Of a DNA stretch of 64,000 nucleotides, positions 8,576 to 17,211 are shown piece after piece. The stretch comes from Escherichia phage PGN829.1. Both the position numbers and the translations under genes were made by a program. The stretch is from the sequence record NC_070871.1. The stretch is one strand, 5' to 3'. A model generated the notes under the pieces. The model was not told where the DNA came from. It did not search any database and worked only from the letters and a program-made list of their open reading frames with translations. Each line of letters opens with the position of its first letter. Within the stretch, counting starts at the first letter, position 1.

Positions 8576-8876
8576 CGAGTGCCTCCATCAGTATTTTACG
8601 AATAACGTTAACATCAGATTCAGTACCAATTAAACCAACAGGTTTACCTGTACTATCAGTTACAAAGCCAGCAATCCTTTCCATCTCTGCTGTAATTAAC
8701 TTGTCACCATTAATAAGACGATTACGAAGGTAAGCCTCATAAGCTACCTCTATATCTTCTACCGTGGTTCTTTCGTTACGAGCAAATGGATTACTTAATG
8801 GGAATGGTAAATGTACCCGTATATTCCTGTCAGCTACTTTAGCTTGGTGAGGAAGTATACATACTATTTCATTCAA
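8562..8876 (-). CDS. hypothetical protein
   Basis: ORF in early operon. Confidence 0.35.
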   Translation of the reverse strand: MNEIVCILPHQAKVADRNIRVHLPFPLSNPFARNERTTVEDIEVAYEAYLRNRLINGDKLITAEMERIAGFVTDSTGKPVGLIGTESDVNVIRKILMEALGEQS

Positions 8877-8906
8877 GATTATTTCTCCTGTTTAAATACA
8901 TATCTA

Positions 8907-8950
8907 ACTATTCAAGAATAAAAAATAGGAGCCTCCTAATGGAGGACTCC
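8907..8950 (-). terminator. intrinsic terminator
   Basis: Bulged ~9-bp stem (ggagcctcc/ggaggactcc) followed on minus strand by T tract. Confidence 0.5.
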
Positions 8951-9086
8951 TTACTATTTGACACATGAATGATTGAAGGTAACAATCTTACGTACTGGTT
9001 CAGATGTCTTTTGCTTAGCAGCCAGACGTTCTTTCATCTTTTGTACGTCAGATTTATTACCTAAAATAAGTGATTTACGCATTATA

Positions 9087-9560
9087 TTAATCCTTACCAT
9101 GATTAGAGTGGAAACCATATTCATTGTTAGCTAACTCTCTAGCTTCTACAGCTTCTTCGAAAGTGTTGAATCTACCTAAATGCTTTAGCTTACCATTAAT
9201 CTTTATACGAACTCTCCATTTACCAGCTTCATATCTTACTCCCGTTGCACCTGACGTATTATTAGAAGCTCTACTTCTATTACGATTGTTATCTTGGGAA
9301 GATACTGCCCTTAGGTTTTCTAAACGGTCATCTGTTCGTATGTGATTGATATGGTCAACCATATAACCGTCAGGCAATTTACCGTTGTGCATTTCCCAGA
9401 TTATAGTAGCTGCCTTAAGATGTCGGTATTTTACTTGGACATATACATATCCACTGTACGTGTCGAAACTTCCAGCAATATCCCCACTTTTAGCTCTGCC
9501 ACTACTAACCTTCCAGTAGAGTTTGCCTTCACGGTAGGAGAAGAGTTCATGCCAGTCCAT
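9087..9560 (-). CDS. HNH homing endonuclease with AP2-like DNA-binding domain
   Basis: HNH core GYMVDHINHIRTDDRLENLR plus AP2-like GVRYEAGKWRVRIKINGKLKHLGRFNTFEEA. Confidence 0.7.
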   Translation of the reverse strand: MDWHELFSYREGKLYWKVSSGRAKSGDIAGSFDTYSGYVYVQVKYRHLKAATIIWEMHNGKLPDGYMVDHINHIRTDDRLENLRAVSSQDNNRNRSRASNNTSGATGVRYEAGKWRVRIKINGKLKHLGRFNTFEEAVEARELANNEYGFHSNHGKD

Positions 9561-9753
9561 ATTTGGTTCCCATGATTAATGACTTACGCATGTTTAGTAC
9601 TCCACATAAAGTTAAAAGGCTTGCTGTTACGTACAATTCTTACAACCATTTGATAGCCATTGAGTTGCACAACACCATAGTGTCGTTTCTGTACACCAGT
9701 GTGATATCTACGAAAGATACATTCTTCAATGGCACCTTCTATGTTAGTGAATA

Positions 9754-9972
9754 TCACTGGTTCCTCTTTGCAAACTCTTCTGCTTCTTTAGCCCATAGTT
9801 GCTTGCGTACCTCTTTAGCTACGATGGAAGCAAACAGACACTTAACGAATACAACAGGTAACTTACAGATAAGTACCAGCTTAGTTCTTACCCACTTGGC
9901 TCCATTGAGAATGTAACCACGTAGGCGATACAGCACATAACAGAGTATTACAAACGCAATGAAGTCCAACAT
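9754..9972 (-). CDS. small membrane protein
   Basis: N-terminal hydrophobic helix MLDFIAFVILCYVLY. Confidence 0.35.
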   Translation of the reverse strand: MLDFIAFVILCYVLYRLRGYILNGAKWVRTKLVLICKLPVVFVKCLFASIVAKEVRKQLWAKEAEEFAKRNQ

Positions 9973-9976
9973 AGTC

Positions 9977-10162
9977 TTACACCTTATGAAGTTTACGGAT
10001 TTGTTTACGAGTAGGTTTAGCTACAAAGAAGTGGTCATGGTGCTGACCATTCTTATCTTCTACAGATACCTGCCAACGAGCATTAAGTGATATCTTACTG
10101 CCCCAAGGTTGCAACATATTAATCATCTTCTGAGAGTTATAACGGTTACATAATGTACGCAT
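9977..10162 (-). CDS. hypothetical protein
   Basis: AGGAG RBS upstream of ATG at 10162. Confidence 0.35.
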   Translation of the reverse strand: MRTLCNRYNSQKMINMLQPWGSKISLNARWQVSVEDKNGQHHDHFFVAKPTRKQIRKLHKV

Positions 10163-10266
10163 TGTGGTTACTCCTTCATCTAATATAAATCTATATCTAT
10201 CTGGTTACTGTTTCAGTACCCTTCGTCTAAAGATACTCAAAAAGTAGAAATAGCTTATCGTCTAGT

Positions 10267-10296
10267 TAAAAATAAAAGACTCCCCGAAGGGAGTCT
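10267..10296 (-). terminator. intrinsic terminator
   Basis: Perfect 8-bp stem agactccc/gggagtct, loop cgaa, followed on minus strand by TTTTATTTTT. Confidence 0.7.
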
Positions 10297-10305
10297 TATG
10301 GTTGA

Positions 10306-10689
10306 TTAGAAAGTCAGTTTACGAGCATATTTATTCTCGTCTGCTGGGATGTCAGCAGCCTCTGCTTTCACACGACGAAGTTGAACTTGCAGGTTAATGA
10401 TACCTTCTTCACCTGGTTCCAGGTTCTGAGCATATTCGATTAACTGTTCCAGCAAGTCGTTCTGTGCACAACGCATAGCACGGAAGTCAGCATTGCTGCT
10501 ATTAGTAGGCAGTGGTTCCTGAGTATCCAGCGGAATACCAGTAGGCAATGAGATGAATTTCTCATCATCAGAGCCTTCATTAGCTACATAACCAATGTTC
10601 AGCCAGAACTGAGCTTTAGGCTTATCAGCCTTAGCAGTAGAAGTAGCAGCAGCGTTAGATTGACCGAAAGTGAATTTTTGAATAGACAT
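10306..10689 (-). CDS. hypothetical protein
   Basis: Start moved to ATG at 10689 (MSIQKF) with GGAGAG RBS; the longer track ORF would swallow the promoter hairpin region. Confidence 0.4.
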   Translation of the reverse strand: MSIQKFTFGQSNAAATSTAKADKPKAQFWLNIGYVANEGSDDEKFISLPTGIPLDTQEPLPTNSSNADFRAMRCAQNDLLEQLIEYAQNLEPGEEGIINLQVQLRRVKAEAADIPADENKYARKLTF

Positions 10690-10792
10690 TTTGTACTCTC
10701 CAGATTTATGTGATTTACGGGTGAACTCGTCGGTGAGAACACCCAAACAAAAGGATAAAAGTTCAATGATTAGTGGATGCATTTACATCATC

Positions 10793-10811
10793 CATAAGAC
10801 GCGGAGCGTCT
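10793..10811 (-). promoter_or_regulatory. candidate N4-type virion-RNAP hairpin promoter (P-b)
   Basis: Template strand CCATA-AGACGC-GGA-GCGTCT: 6-bp stem, GGA loop, G at -8, template C at predicted +1 (10793). Confidence 0.5.
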
Positions 10812-10816
10812 GGTTT

Positions 10817-11035
10817 TTAAGGCTCAAAGCCAGGTTGTAATTGATAAGGTAATTCAACAACTTTCCAGTATCTATCGTGATATTCTGGAGTGGATTCGTT
10901 GATAGCATCTGCAACCTTTTGTGCAGCTTCTTCACTGTGAAAGTAAGGGAGATTCTCTACGAATTTCTCGTCTGGATAATCCCCATCAAAGTTGTCTGTT
11001 TGTACGATTTTAAACTGAGGCATATCTATCTCCAA
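10817..11035 (-). CDS. acidic small protein (hypothetical)
   Basis: 72 aa, D/E-rich. Confidence 0.4.
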   Translation of the reverse strand: MEIDMPQFKIVQTDNFDGDYPDEKFVENLPYFHSEEAAQKVADAINESTPEYHDRYWKVVELPYQLQPGFEP

Positions 11036-11073
11036 AGTAGATAGTTATCTACTTTTGATTGACTATCTAATGT

Positions 11074-11101
11074 TTATAAAAGGAGACTCCGAAGAGCCTC
11101 C
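11074..11101 (-). terminator. intrinsic terminator
   Basis: Stem ggagactc/gagcctcc (1 mismatch) followed on minus strand by TTTTATAAA. Confidence 0.45.
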
Positions 11102-11109
11102 TAGGTGAC

Positions 11110-11433
11110 TTAGTCTTTAGTCAGGATGTCAATTACTTTGGAATATTCTGCGTTATAGATACGAGCGTTCTCTGAATCCTTGCAGAATTCTTCAATACTT
11201 TTCTTACGCAGAGTCTCAGTCATAGCTGTTTCCTCTGCCAGTTTATTAACAAAGGTATGCATTTCTAATTTAGTACGAATGGCTTGTTTCTCTGCCATAG
11301 TACTTACATATGAATTAAGCATACCTACTGCTTTAGTTGCTGTACCGAATGTATCTGCAACAGTAGTAGCAGCTGAGTTAACAGTACCAAGTAAAGTTCC
11401 TGCGGTCATACGTACAGTAGCGGTAGTAGTCAT
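11110..11433 (-). CDS. hypothetical protein (first gene after P-a)
   Basis: GGAG RBS; about 40 nt downstream of predicted P-a start. Confidence 0.4.
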   Translation of the reverse strand: MTTTATVRMTAGTLLGTVNSAATTVADTFGTATKAVGMLNSYVSTMAEKQAIRTKLEMHTFVNKLAEETAMTETLRKKSIEEFCKDSENARIYNAEYSKVIDILTKD

Positions 11434-11471
11434 GATGATAGCTCCAATAGTTGATGATAGGACGACATGTC

Positions 11472-11490
11472 CATAACATGCGGAGCATGT
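11472..11490 (-). promoter_or_regulatory. candidate N4-type virion-RNAP hairpin promoter (P-a)
   Basis: Template strand CCATA-ACATGC-GGA-GCATGT: 6-bp stem, GGA loop, G at -8, template C at predicted +1 (11472); shares CCATA flank with P-b. Confidence 0.5.
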
Positions 11491-11634
11491 GTAACGTGTA
11501 AGGTGGGGTAGGGTAGTGGCTACACCGTCAACATACCGGGGGGGCTAGTTGAGTGTAAGGGTGTAGCCCCAGCCACAACACTGCTGCTGTACATAGTTAT
11601 GACCAAAATGGTATGCAAAAATATGATAGCTATC

Positions 11635-11973
11635 CTACTTATAAGCAGTTAAATAGGAGGGAGCTTTGTTTATGAAACGTATAGTCCTGAATGAGTTACC
11701 TTCCCTCACCACACTGGCTCTTATTTTTACGGGTAAGAAGATGTGGAAGTAGTCTCCTTCCGGAGCAAGGTAACAATCATGTTCGTTGAGGATAACTATC
11801 TCAGCATTACTGTTATTAAGCAGTTTATGCCCTTGGGCAAAGTTTGCTAACTCTCCAGGTTCCATTATTAGAGTAGGATTACCATAGGGCATAACGTGGA
11901 TGATTGCTTTCTCTGGTTCAGAGGAATAGTGCAGTAAGTCTGTACCATTCATGCCTAAGAGCTTAACGTTCAT
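11635..11973 (-). CDS. small-protein paralog family member (degenerate)
   Basis: Shares the block hhhxPxxE..x.G.hhL......hxhLxE with five neighbours. Confidence 0.4.
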   Translation of the reverse strand: MNVKLLGMNGTDLLHYSSEPEKAIIHVMPYGNPTLIMEPGELANFAQGHKLLNNSNAEIVILNEHDCYLAPEGDYFHIFLPVKIRASVVREGNSFRTIRFINKAPSYLTAYK

Positions 11974-12277
11974 GCTTTAATACCTGTTCAAGAATGCTAT
12001 CCATGTAATAACAGTATGCTTCACTGTTACTACTGTTTACAGGCATACCAATGTAATCAAATACCCATAAGCAGAAGTGGTTTACTTCATGGATAAGTGT
12101 CGGTAAGGGTTCTGAAAAGATACCCATAAGAACCTTATTGCCGGAGTAAGAAGTGAAACCCTTACAACCTTCTATGTCTGGTTCGTACCCTTTGAGCTTC
12201 TTGTACTTTTTTCGGAAGACTTCTCTGTCATTAACTATCTCCAGTTGTACTGGGTATGGGGATGTGTTTATTTTCAT
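11963..12277 (-). CDS. small protein with HExxH motif (possible minimal zinc metallopeptidase or divergent paralog)
   Basis: LIHEVNHFCLWVF contains HEVNH; sits inside the paralog array. Confidence 0.35.
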   Translation of the reverse strand: MKINTSPYPVQLEIVNDREVFRKKYKKLKGYEPDIEGCKGFTSYSGNKVLMGIFSEPLPTLIHEVNHFCLWVFDYIGMPVNSSNSEAYCYYMDSILEQVLKHER

Positions 12278-12558
12278 TGTCTTTCCTTATATACAGGGGT
12301 GTCATCCTCGAAGGATAGGATGTACTTATCTGTATTGAGGTGCCAAGGACTAAAGCTACCTTGCCAGGACATTGGTGTTCCTGGTTCTAGTAAATGTACT
12401 ACTGAATTCTTATTGCATAAGAAAAGTAATCCTTGTAGTTCATGCAAGGACTGTTCGTCTGGAACCAGGATAAGTACATCAGCATCTAGGTTATCTACAT
12501 CTTTATGGAGAATGTAATCCTCCCCATTAGGTTCTGGATAAACTTTACTGATAACCAT
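12274..12558 (-). CDS. small-protein paralog family member
   Basis: VLILVPDEQSLHELQGLLFLCNKNSVVHLLEP. Confidence 0.45.
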   Translation of the reverse strand: MVISKVYPEPNGEDYILHKDVDNLDADVLILVPDEQSLHELQGLLFLCNKNSVVHLLEPGTPMSWQGSFSPWHLNTDKYILSFEDDTPVYKERQ

Positions 12559-12878
12559 TAGAGGCTCTCGTCGCTAGATAAATATGAGGTAGAAGGGTAG
12601 AGGGTAATAAGTCTACCGGTTAGGGTAGTTACTACCATAGGCTCATTCACAGATAGTATGTACACACTAGTGTGTTCTGGTACTTCCACGGAATCTTCTA
12701 TCTTAATAAATTTGATAGGCTGCCCCAACATTAAGCAAGTACCAATGAACACTTCTGCTTCTTCACTTGGCTCATATAGGATGGTGGTAACTCTCTCCCT
12801 ACCTGCCAGGATATTATCCAGCGTATATGGGGATAGATAGCAAGTAGTGGCAAAGCTAATAAGGCAGTACGGGTGCAT
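12558..12878 (-). CDS. small-protein paralog family member (divergent)
   Basis: TTILYEPSEEAEVFIGTCLMLGQPIKFIKIED aligns to the family block. Confidence 0.4.
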   Translation of the reverse strand: MHPYCLISFATTCYLSPYTLDNILAGRERVTTILYEPSEEAEVFIGTCLMLGQPIKFIKIEDSVEVPEHTSVYILSVNEPMVVTTLTGRLITLYPSTSYLSSDESL

Positions 12879-12881
12879 AAC

Positions 12882-13196
12882 TTATTTCCTTACATAGTAG
12901 TAACGGTATTCCTCATTCTCATAATGACTATCCCACTGGTACTCATCAGATACCATCATGAATGGTAGAGCATCATGAGCACTACTAACAGCGTATACTG
13001 ATGGAGGAATGATACATATAACCTTACGGTCACTACCTGCTAAGAATAACTGACCTCTTGCTTCATGGTAGTCCTCTAGAGTAGGAACCAGGATTACACG
13101 TTGTGAGCTACTGTTCATGACTTCTTCTAAAGTGAAGTCATTTGTATACAAAGATTCCCTTTCAGCATAACTGGGGACGGTCATTATGAATTTCAT
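12882..13196 (-). CDS. small-protein paralog family member
   Basis: VILVPTLEDYHEARGQLFLAGSDRKVICIIPP; start moved to internal Met to match family length (track ORF extends to 13259). Confidence 0.4.
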   Translation of the reverse strand: MKFIMTVPSYAERESLYTNDFTLEEVMNSSSQRVILVPTLEDYHEARGQLFLAGSDRKVICIIPPSVYAVSSAHDALPFMMVSDEYQWDSHYENEEYRYYYVRK

Positions 13197-13560
13197 GATT
13201 GATTTTCCTTCCTTTGGGGATAGGTCTGAAGTAAATGGAAAGTGTTTTATTAAAGACATTATGGTCAGCTATCAATTCCCAACCAGGTATTTTATAGAAC
13301 CTAACACCAGGGAAAATCATACTAAAGTCGCTGTAAAAGGAGAGGTCATACACCTTTGGTTCAGTGAGTATCTTAGTATTGAGTTTCAAGTTGGATAAGA
13401 AAAGAGAACCAATAACTTCGTGGGACTCTTCACAATCAGGAAAGAATACTGATTGCCACGGGGTAATGAACTTACTTACTATCTCTGGTTCCCCAAGGTA
13501 GTAAGGTTCTTGATTACGAAGTATTCCAGTAATATCAATATCAAAAGCGTAGATGCTCAT
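13162..13560 (-). CDS. small-protein paralog family member
   Basis: FFPDCEESHEVIGSLFLSNLKLNTKILTEP; GGAGG RBS. Confidence 0.45.
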   Translation of the reverse strand: MSIYAFDIDITGILRNQEPYYLGEPEIVSKFITPWQSVFFPDCEESHEVIGSLFLSNLKLNTKILTEPKVYDLSFYSDFSMIFPGVRFYKIPGWELIADHNVFNKTLSIYFRPIPKGRKINHEIHNDRPQLC

Positions 13561-13575
13561 AATTGCATACCTCCT

Positions 13576-13612
13576 GAAAAAGAAATGGGGTAGAGCCTCT
13601 CGACTCTACCCC
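13576..13612 (-). terminator. hairpin / possible terminator or attenuator
   Basis: 9-bp stem ggggtagag/ctctacccc; minus strand then reads AUUUCUUUUUC immediately before the next RBS. Confidence 0.4.
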
Positions 13613-13760
13613 TTACCGTTTTCAATCACGGGTCAGTTCATCACCCTAGATACATGTGTATCGTTAGCCTACTAGGTAGGAAAGGAGCCGGGTAACCCTG
13701 ACTGTAGAAGTTATTAACTCTTTACGAGTACCGCCACTATCTACTAGGCGGCATGACTAA

Positions 13761-14051
13761 TCACATCGTCACCATCATCCGAACACTGTCTTTTTCTCGT
13801 CTGACGGAGACACTATGAGGTAATTTTGTGAAGAACACAAGAGATGGAATAGACTTTTCTAAAGAGTAAGTTTCTCTTGGTTCTAAGATCTTAATGCCTG
13901 GACGATTTTCTAACAGCATCATCCCAGCTAATTCGTGGTAAGTATCCTCATCGTGGGTAATGATGATATCACCTGATAGAAAGCCAACCTTGGTGTGGTC
14001 TAGCTCAGAGTATTTATCTTCAGAGTCTTGGACTCTCATATAGATTCTCAA
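13761..14051 (-). CDS. small-protein paralog family member
   Basis: IIITHDEDTYHELAGMMLLENRPGIKILEP. Confidence 0.45.
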   Translation of the reverse strand: MRIYMRVQDSEDKYSELDHTKVGFLSGDIIITHDEDTYHELAGMMLLENRPGIKILEPRETYSLEKSIPSLVFFTKLPHSVSVRREKDSVRMMVTM

Positions 14052-14222
14052 AGGTTACTCCTTTTGGGAATAGGGTCATCGGAACATTACATACTATTTA
14101 GTATCATGAACTTTTTCTATATCATGACTAAAGTGTAACTGTATGGTATCGTTTCTTCAAGGGGTATCTCACCCCAAGAAAAGAATCTTCTTTAATAGAC
14201 ATAACTTTGTAGCGAGATAAGT

Positions 14223-14912
14223 ATGAGTGAACTAACTAAGCAGCAGATTGTTAATGCCCTACCTGCTAACTTCAAAAACAGTGTAACCCAGGAGTTGGTG
14301 GACACAATTAACAACATTACCCAAGACCAACTGGTTGCTGAAGCATTCCGTGAAAACTTCATCTCTTACTCTGGAGTTATGAAGGAAGGTAAGTTTAAGA
14401 CACAGGACTACATGAATGCAGTTCAGTATGTGACTTATAAACACATGGGCTACTCAAACAAGGAAGCCTACTTCAAGACATTCCCTAACCGACAAGCAGA
14501 ACTTGTAGCAAGGGGAACCAGTGAGAAAGACATTAGTGCTTACGTGTCTGCTTACCACAGAGGCAAGCTAGTTAACCTCATCATGGAACAAAGTTTGGTT
14601 CCAGTGTGGATTGTGAACCAGGATAATTATCAGAAAGCAATCAACGTTCAGGTTGAACTAATGACCACAGCAGCCAGTGAGAAGGTAAGATGTGATGCAG
14701 CTAACTCTATCCTTACCCACTTGGCTAAACCAAAAGACCAGGTAACAAATATCAATCTGGACTTAAGAGAAAACTCTGGGTTGACTGACCTCAAGGCAAC
14801 ACTTGCTGCATTAGCTGAACAGCAAATTAATGCAATCAATAGTGGTGTACCTACCAAGGAGATTGCTGGTTCTAAACTAGTACGTGCAAATGAGGACATT
14901 ACAGATGTCTGA
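14223..14912 (+). CDS. putative terminase small subunit (N4 gp69-position protein)
   Basis: First gene of late operon, directly upstream of and overlapping terminase large subunit; function inferred from position only. Confidence 0.3.
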   Translation: MSELTKQQIVNALPANFKNSVTQELVDTINNITQDQLVAEAFRENFISYSGVMKEGKFKTQDYMNAVQYVTYKHMGYSNKEAYFKTFPNRQAELVARGTSEKDISAYVSAYHRGKLVNLIMEQSLVPVWIVNQDNYQKAINVQVELMTTAASEKVRCDAANSILTHLAKPKDQVTNINLDLRENSGLTDLKATLAALAEQQINAINSGVPTKEIAGSKLVRANEDITDV

Positions 14913-16494
14913 GTTAATTAAACAGGAACTAGATGAATGGCTGGACCAGGTGGATTACTCCTACCTTAATTCATCTAACTATGTTCCTAGTCAGTTTGCT
15001 CTTACCTTTGCCAACTTTATTAAGTTGGTTAATGGTAAGGAAGGTGAATCCAACAAAACACCTCCAGTTCACTTGAAGATGTTGGATAAGATGATTAGTC
15101 CGAACCAGTATGTAGTTAACCTGTGCTTCCGTGGTGCAGGTAAGACTGCTGTGTTCATGGAATACTTTACTTTATTCCTGGCAGTGTTTGGTCACTTGCC
15201 CAGTCTGGGTAAAGTTGAAGGGATGATTTACGTATCCGACTCAATGGATAACGGTGCTAAATCTGCACGTAAGAATATTGAGTTCCGATATAAAAACAGT
15301 GAGTTCCTTCAGCAATGGATACCTGAAGCTACCTTTACGGATAACCTGTTAGAGTTTCGTAATGTAGAAGGGCATCGGCTTGGCGTTAAGCTGTTTGGTG
15401 CTAAGACAGGTCTTCGTGGTACGAAGATATATGGTAAACGTCCAACACTCTGTGTATTGGATGACTTGATTAGTGATGGTGATGCTAACTCCAAGACAAG
15501 CATGGAAGCTATCAAGGATACCGTCTATAAAGGTGTGAACCACGCCCTTGACCCAACCCGTCGTAAAGTAATTTTCAATGGTACTCCCTTTAATAAGGAA
15601 GACATTATCATTGAAGCAGTTGAGTCTGGTGCATGGGATGTCAACGTATGGCCTGTATGCGAGAAGTTCCCCTGTAGCAGGGAAGAATTTCAGGGTGCAT
15701 GGGATGACCGTTTCTCATATGACTACATCAAAGCTCAATACGATATGGCAGTTAAGACGGGTAAGCTGGCAGGCTTCTATCAGGAACTTATGCTTCGTAT
15801 TAGCTCTGAAGATGAGAGACTGGTTCAGGATAGTGAAATTAGATGGTATAGCAGACAGCAACTGTTAAGGATGAAGTCCTGCTACAACTATTATATTACA
15901 ACCGACTTTGCTACTTCGGAGAAACAGACCAGTGACTACAGTGTCATTTCAGTTTGGGCTTATAGTTCTAATGGAGATTGGTTCTGGGTTGATGGTGTGG
16001 CTAATCGTCAGCTTATGGATAAAAACTTTGATGACCTGTTCCGTCTGGTTCAGGAATACCAACCACAAAACGTTGGTGTCGAAGTTACAGGTCAGCAGGG
16101 TGGATTCATTTCACTCCTTCAGAAAGAAATGATTAACCGTAATGTCTTCTTTAATTTTGCATCCTCTGAGGGTGGTAAGCCAGGCATACGTCCTGTAACC
16201 TCTAAGCTGTCACGCTTTAACCTGGTAGTTCCATGGTTCAAAGCTGGTAAGATGTACTTCCCAGAAGAGTTGAGAGATTCAACTATTATGGGTCTGTTCA
16301 TGGGCCAGATTAAACTAGCTACCATTAATGGAATCAAAGGTAAGGATGACTGTATTGATACTATCTCCATGCTGGGTTATCTCAATCCCTGGAAACCACA
16401 AGCAGGTATGACCATGGTGGATAACAAAGGTGACCCAATGTGGGATGATGAAGAAGAAGATAGTGTTAACCCACTACGTTCATACATTGTGTGA
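14884..16494 (+). CDS. terminase large subunit
   Basis: Walker A-like RGAGKT, Walker B-like LCVLDD, 536 aa with C-terminal nuclease-like region. Confidence 0.8.
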   Translation: MQMRTLQMSELIKQELDEWLDQVDYSYLNSSNYVPSQFALTFANFIKLVNGKEGESNKTPPVHLKMLDKMISPNQYVVNLCFRGAGKTAVFMEYFTLFLAVFGHLPSLGKVEGMIYVSDSMDNGAKSARKNIEFRYKNSEFLQQWIPEATFTDNLLEFRNVEGHRLGVKLFGAKTGLRGTKIYGKRPTLCVLDDLISDGDANSKTSMEAIKDTVYKGVNHALDPTRRKVIFNGTPFNKEDIIIEAVESGAWDVNVWPVCEKFPCSREEFQGAWDDRFSYDYIKAQYDMAVKTGKLAGFYQELMLRISSEDERLVQDSEIRWYSRQQLLRMKSCYNYYITTDFATSEKQTSDYSVISVWAYSSNGDWFWVDGVANRQLMDKNFDDLFRLVQEYQPQNVGVEVTGQQGGFISLLQKEMINRNVFFNFASSEGGKPGIRPVTSKLSRFNLVVPWFKAGKMYFPEELRDSTIMGLFMGQIKLATINGIKGKDDCIDTISMLGYLNPWKPQAGMTMVDNKGDPMWDDEEEDSVNPLRSYIV

Positions 16495-16500
16495 GGAACC

Positions 16501-17211
16501 ATGCAGAAATTATCGGAAGTATACCGTGGCTTGGCACTGAGTACCTTGAAGGGTACTGGTGCAATCACGGATGACAGATTAGATATTGAACCAGATAGTA
16601 AGCCAGAGATATTGGCTGCTATTAATGAGGGGCTGGTACGTCTGCATAGTCGTTTCCCCCTTAGAACTAATAGCTGCATTGTGGAGATGAAGGAAGGTCG
16701 TACTGATTACCCTCTTCAATCCAAATATGCTTACTCCAGATTTACTAAGCCTACTCTTGAGATCCAATACCCATACATCATGGATGGGTTCATGAAACCT
16801 TTCCAGGATGATGTTATTAAAATCCTAAATGTGTTTGATAACTCGGGTAATCGCCGTAGACTTAACGACGACTCAGACCCTCATGCAATCTTCACTCCTC
16901 GGCCTGATACTATTCAGTGTATGCGACCTCGACACTTCGAGGCACTTAACGTAACTTATCAAGCTAAGCACCCAGTACTTACGGGTGACGAAGAACAGGA
17001 AGTTGACTTAGCAGATACACTAATGACGGCACTTCATAACTGGGTTGGTTATCGTTACCACACTGGTTTGAATACTCCGGAAGCTAATGCTAAGGCAGCA
17101 GAGTATCTGCAAACATATGAAAGCATCTGTGGTGAGGTTGTTGATTATGACCTAGCTAATGGAAGTATTTCAATTACCGAAACTAAATTTGAACAACGAG
17201 GATGGCGATGA
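16501..17211 (+). CDS. virion-associated protein (hypothetical)
   Basis: Late-operon position between terminase and tailspike. Confidence 0.35.
   Translation: MQKLSEVYRGLALSTLKGTGAITDDRLDIEPDSKPEILAAINEGLVRLHSRFPLRTNSCIVEMKEGRTDYPLQSKYAYSRFTKPTLEIQYPYIMDGFMKPFQDDVIKILNVFDNSGNRRRLNDDSDPHAIFTPRPDTIQCMRPRHFEALNVTYQAKHPVLTGDEEQEVDLADTLMTALHNWVGYRYHTGLNTPEANAKAAEYLQTYESICGEVVDYDLANGSISITETKFEQRGWR

Noticed and set aside
10797-10811. Reading the 10797-10811 hairpin as a plus-strand intrinsic terminator because GGTTTTT follows it
   Set aside because: It is in a minus-strand operon, has a 3-nt loop and shares its loop and flanks with two other hairpins that have no T tract; promoter interpretation preferred.
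13561-14222. Divergent non-coding gaps between early and late blocks as the site of the first early promoter
   Set aside because: No 3-nt-loop GGA hairpin here; the only strong hairpin (13587-13612) has an 8-nt loop and a T tract, so it is terminator-like. The region may still hold host-type late promoters, which I could not call confidently.
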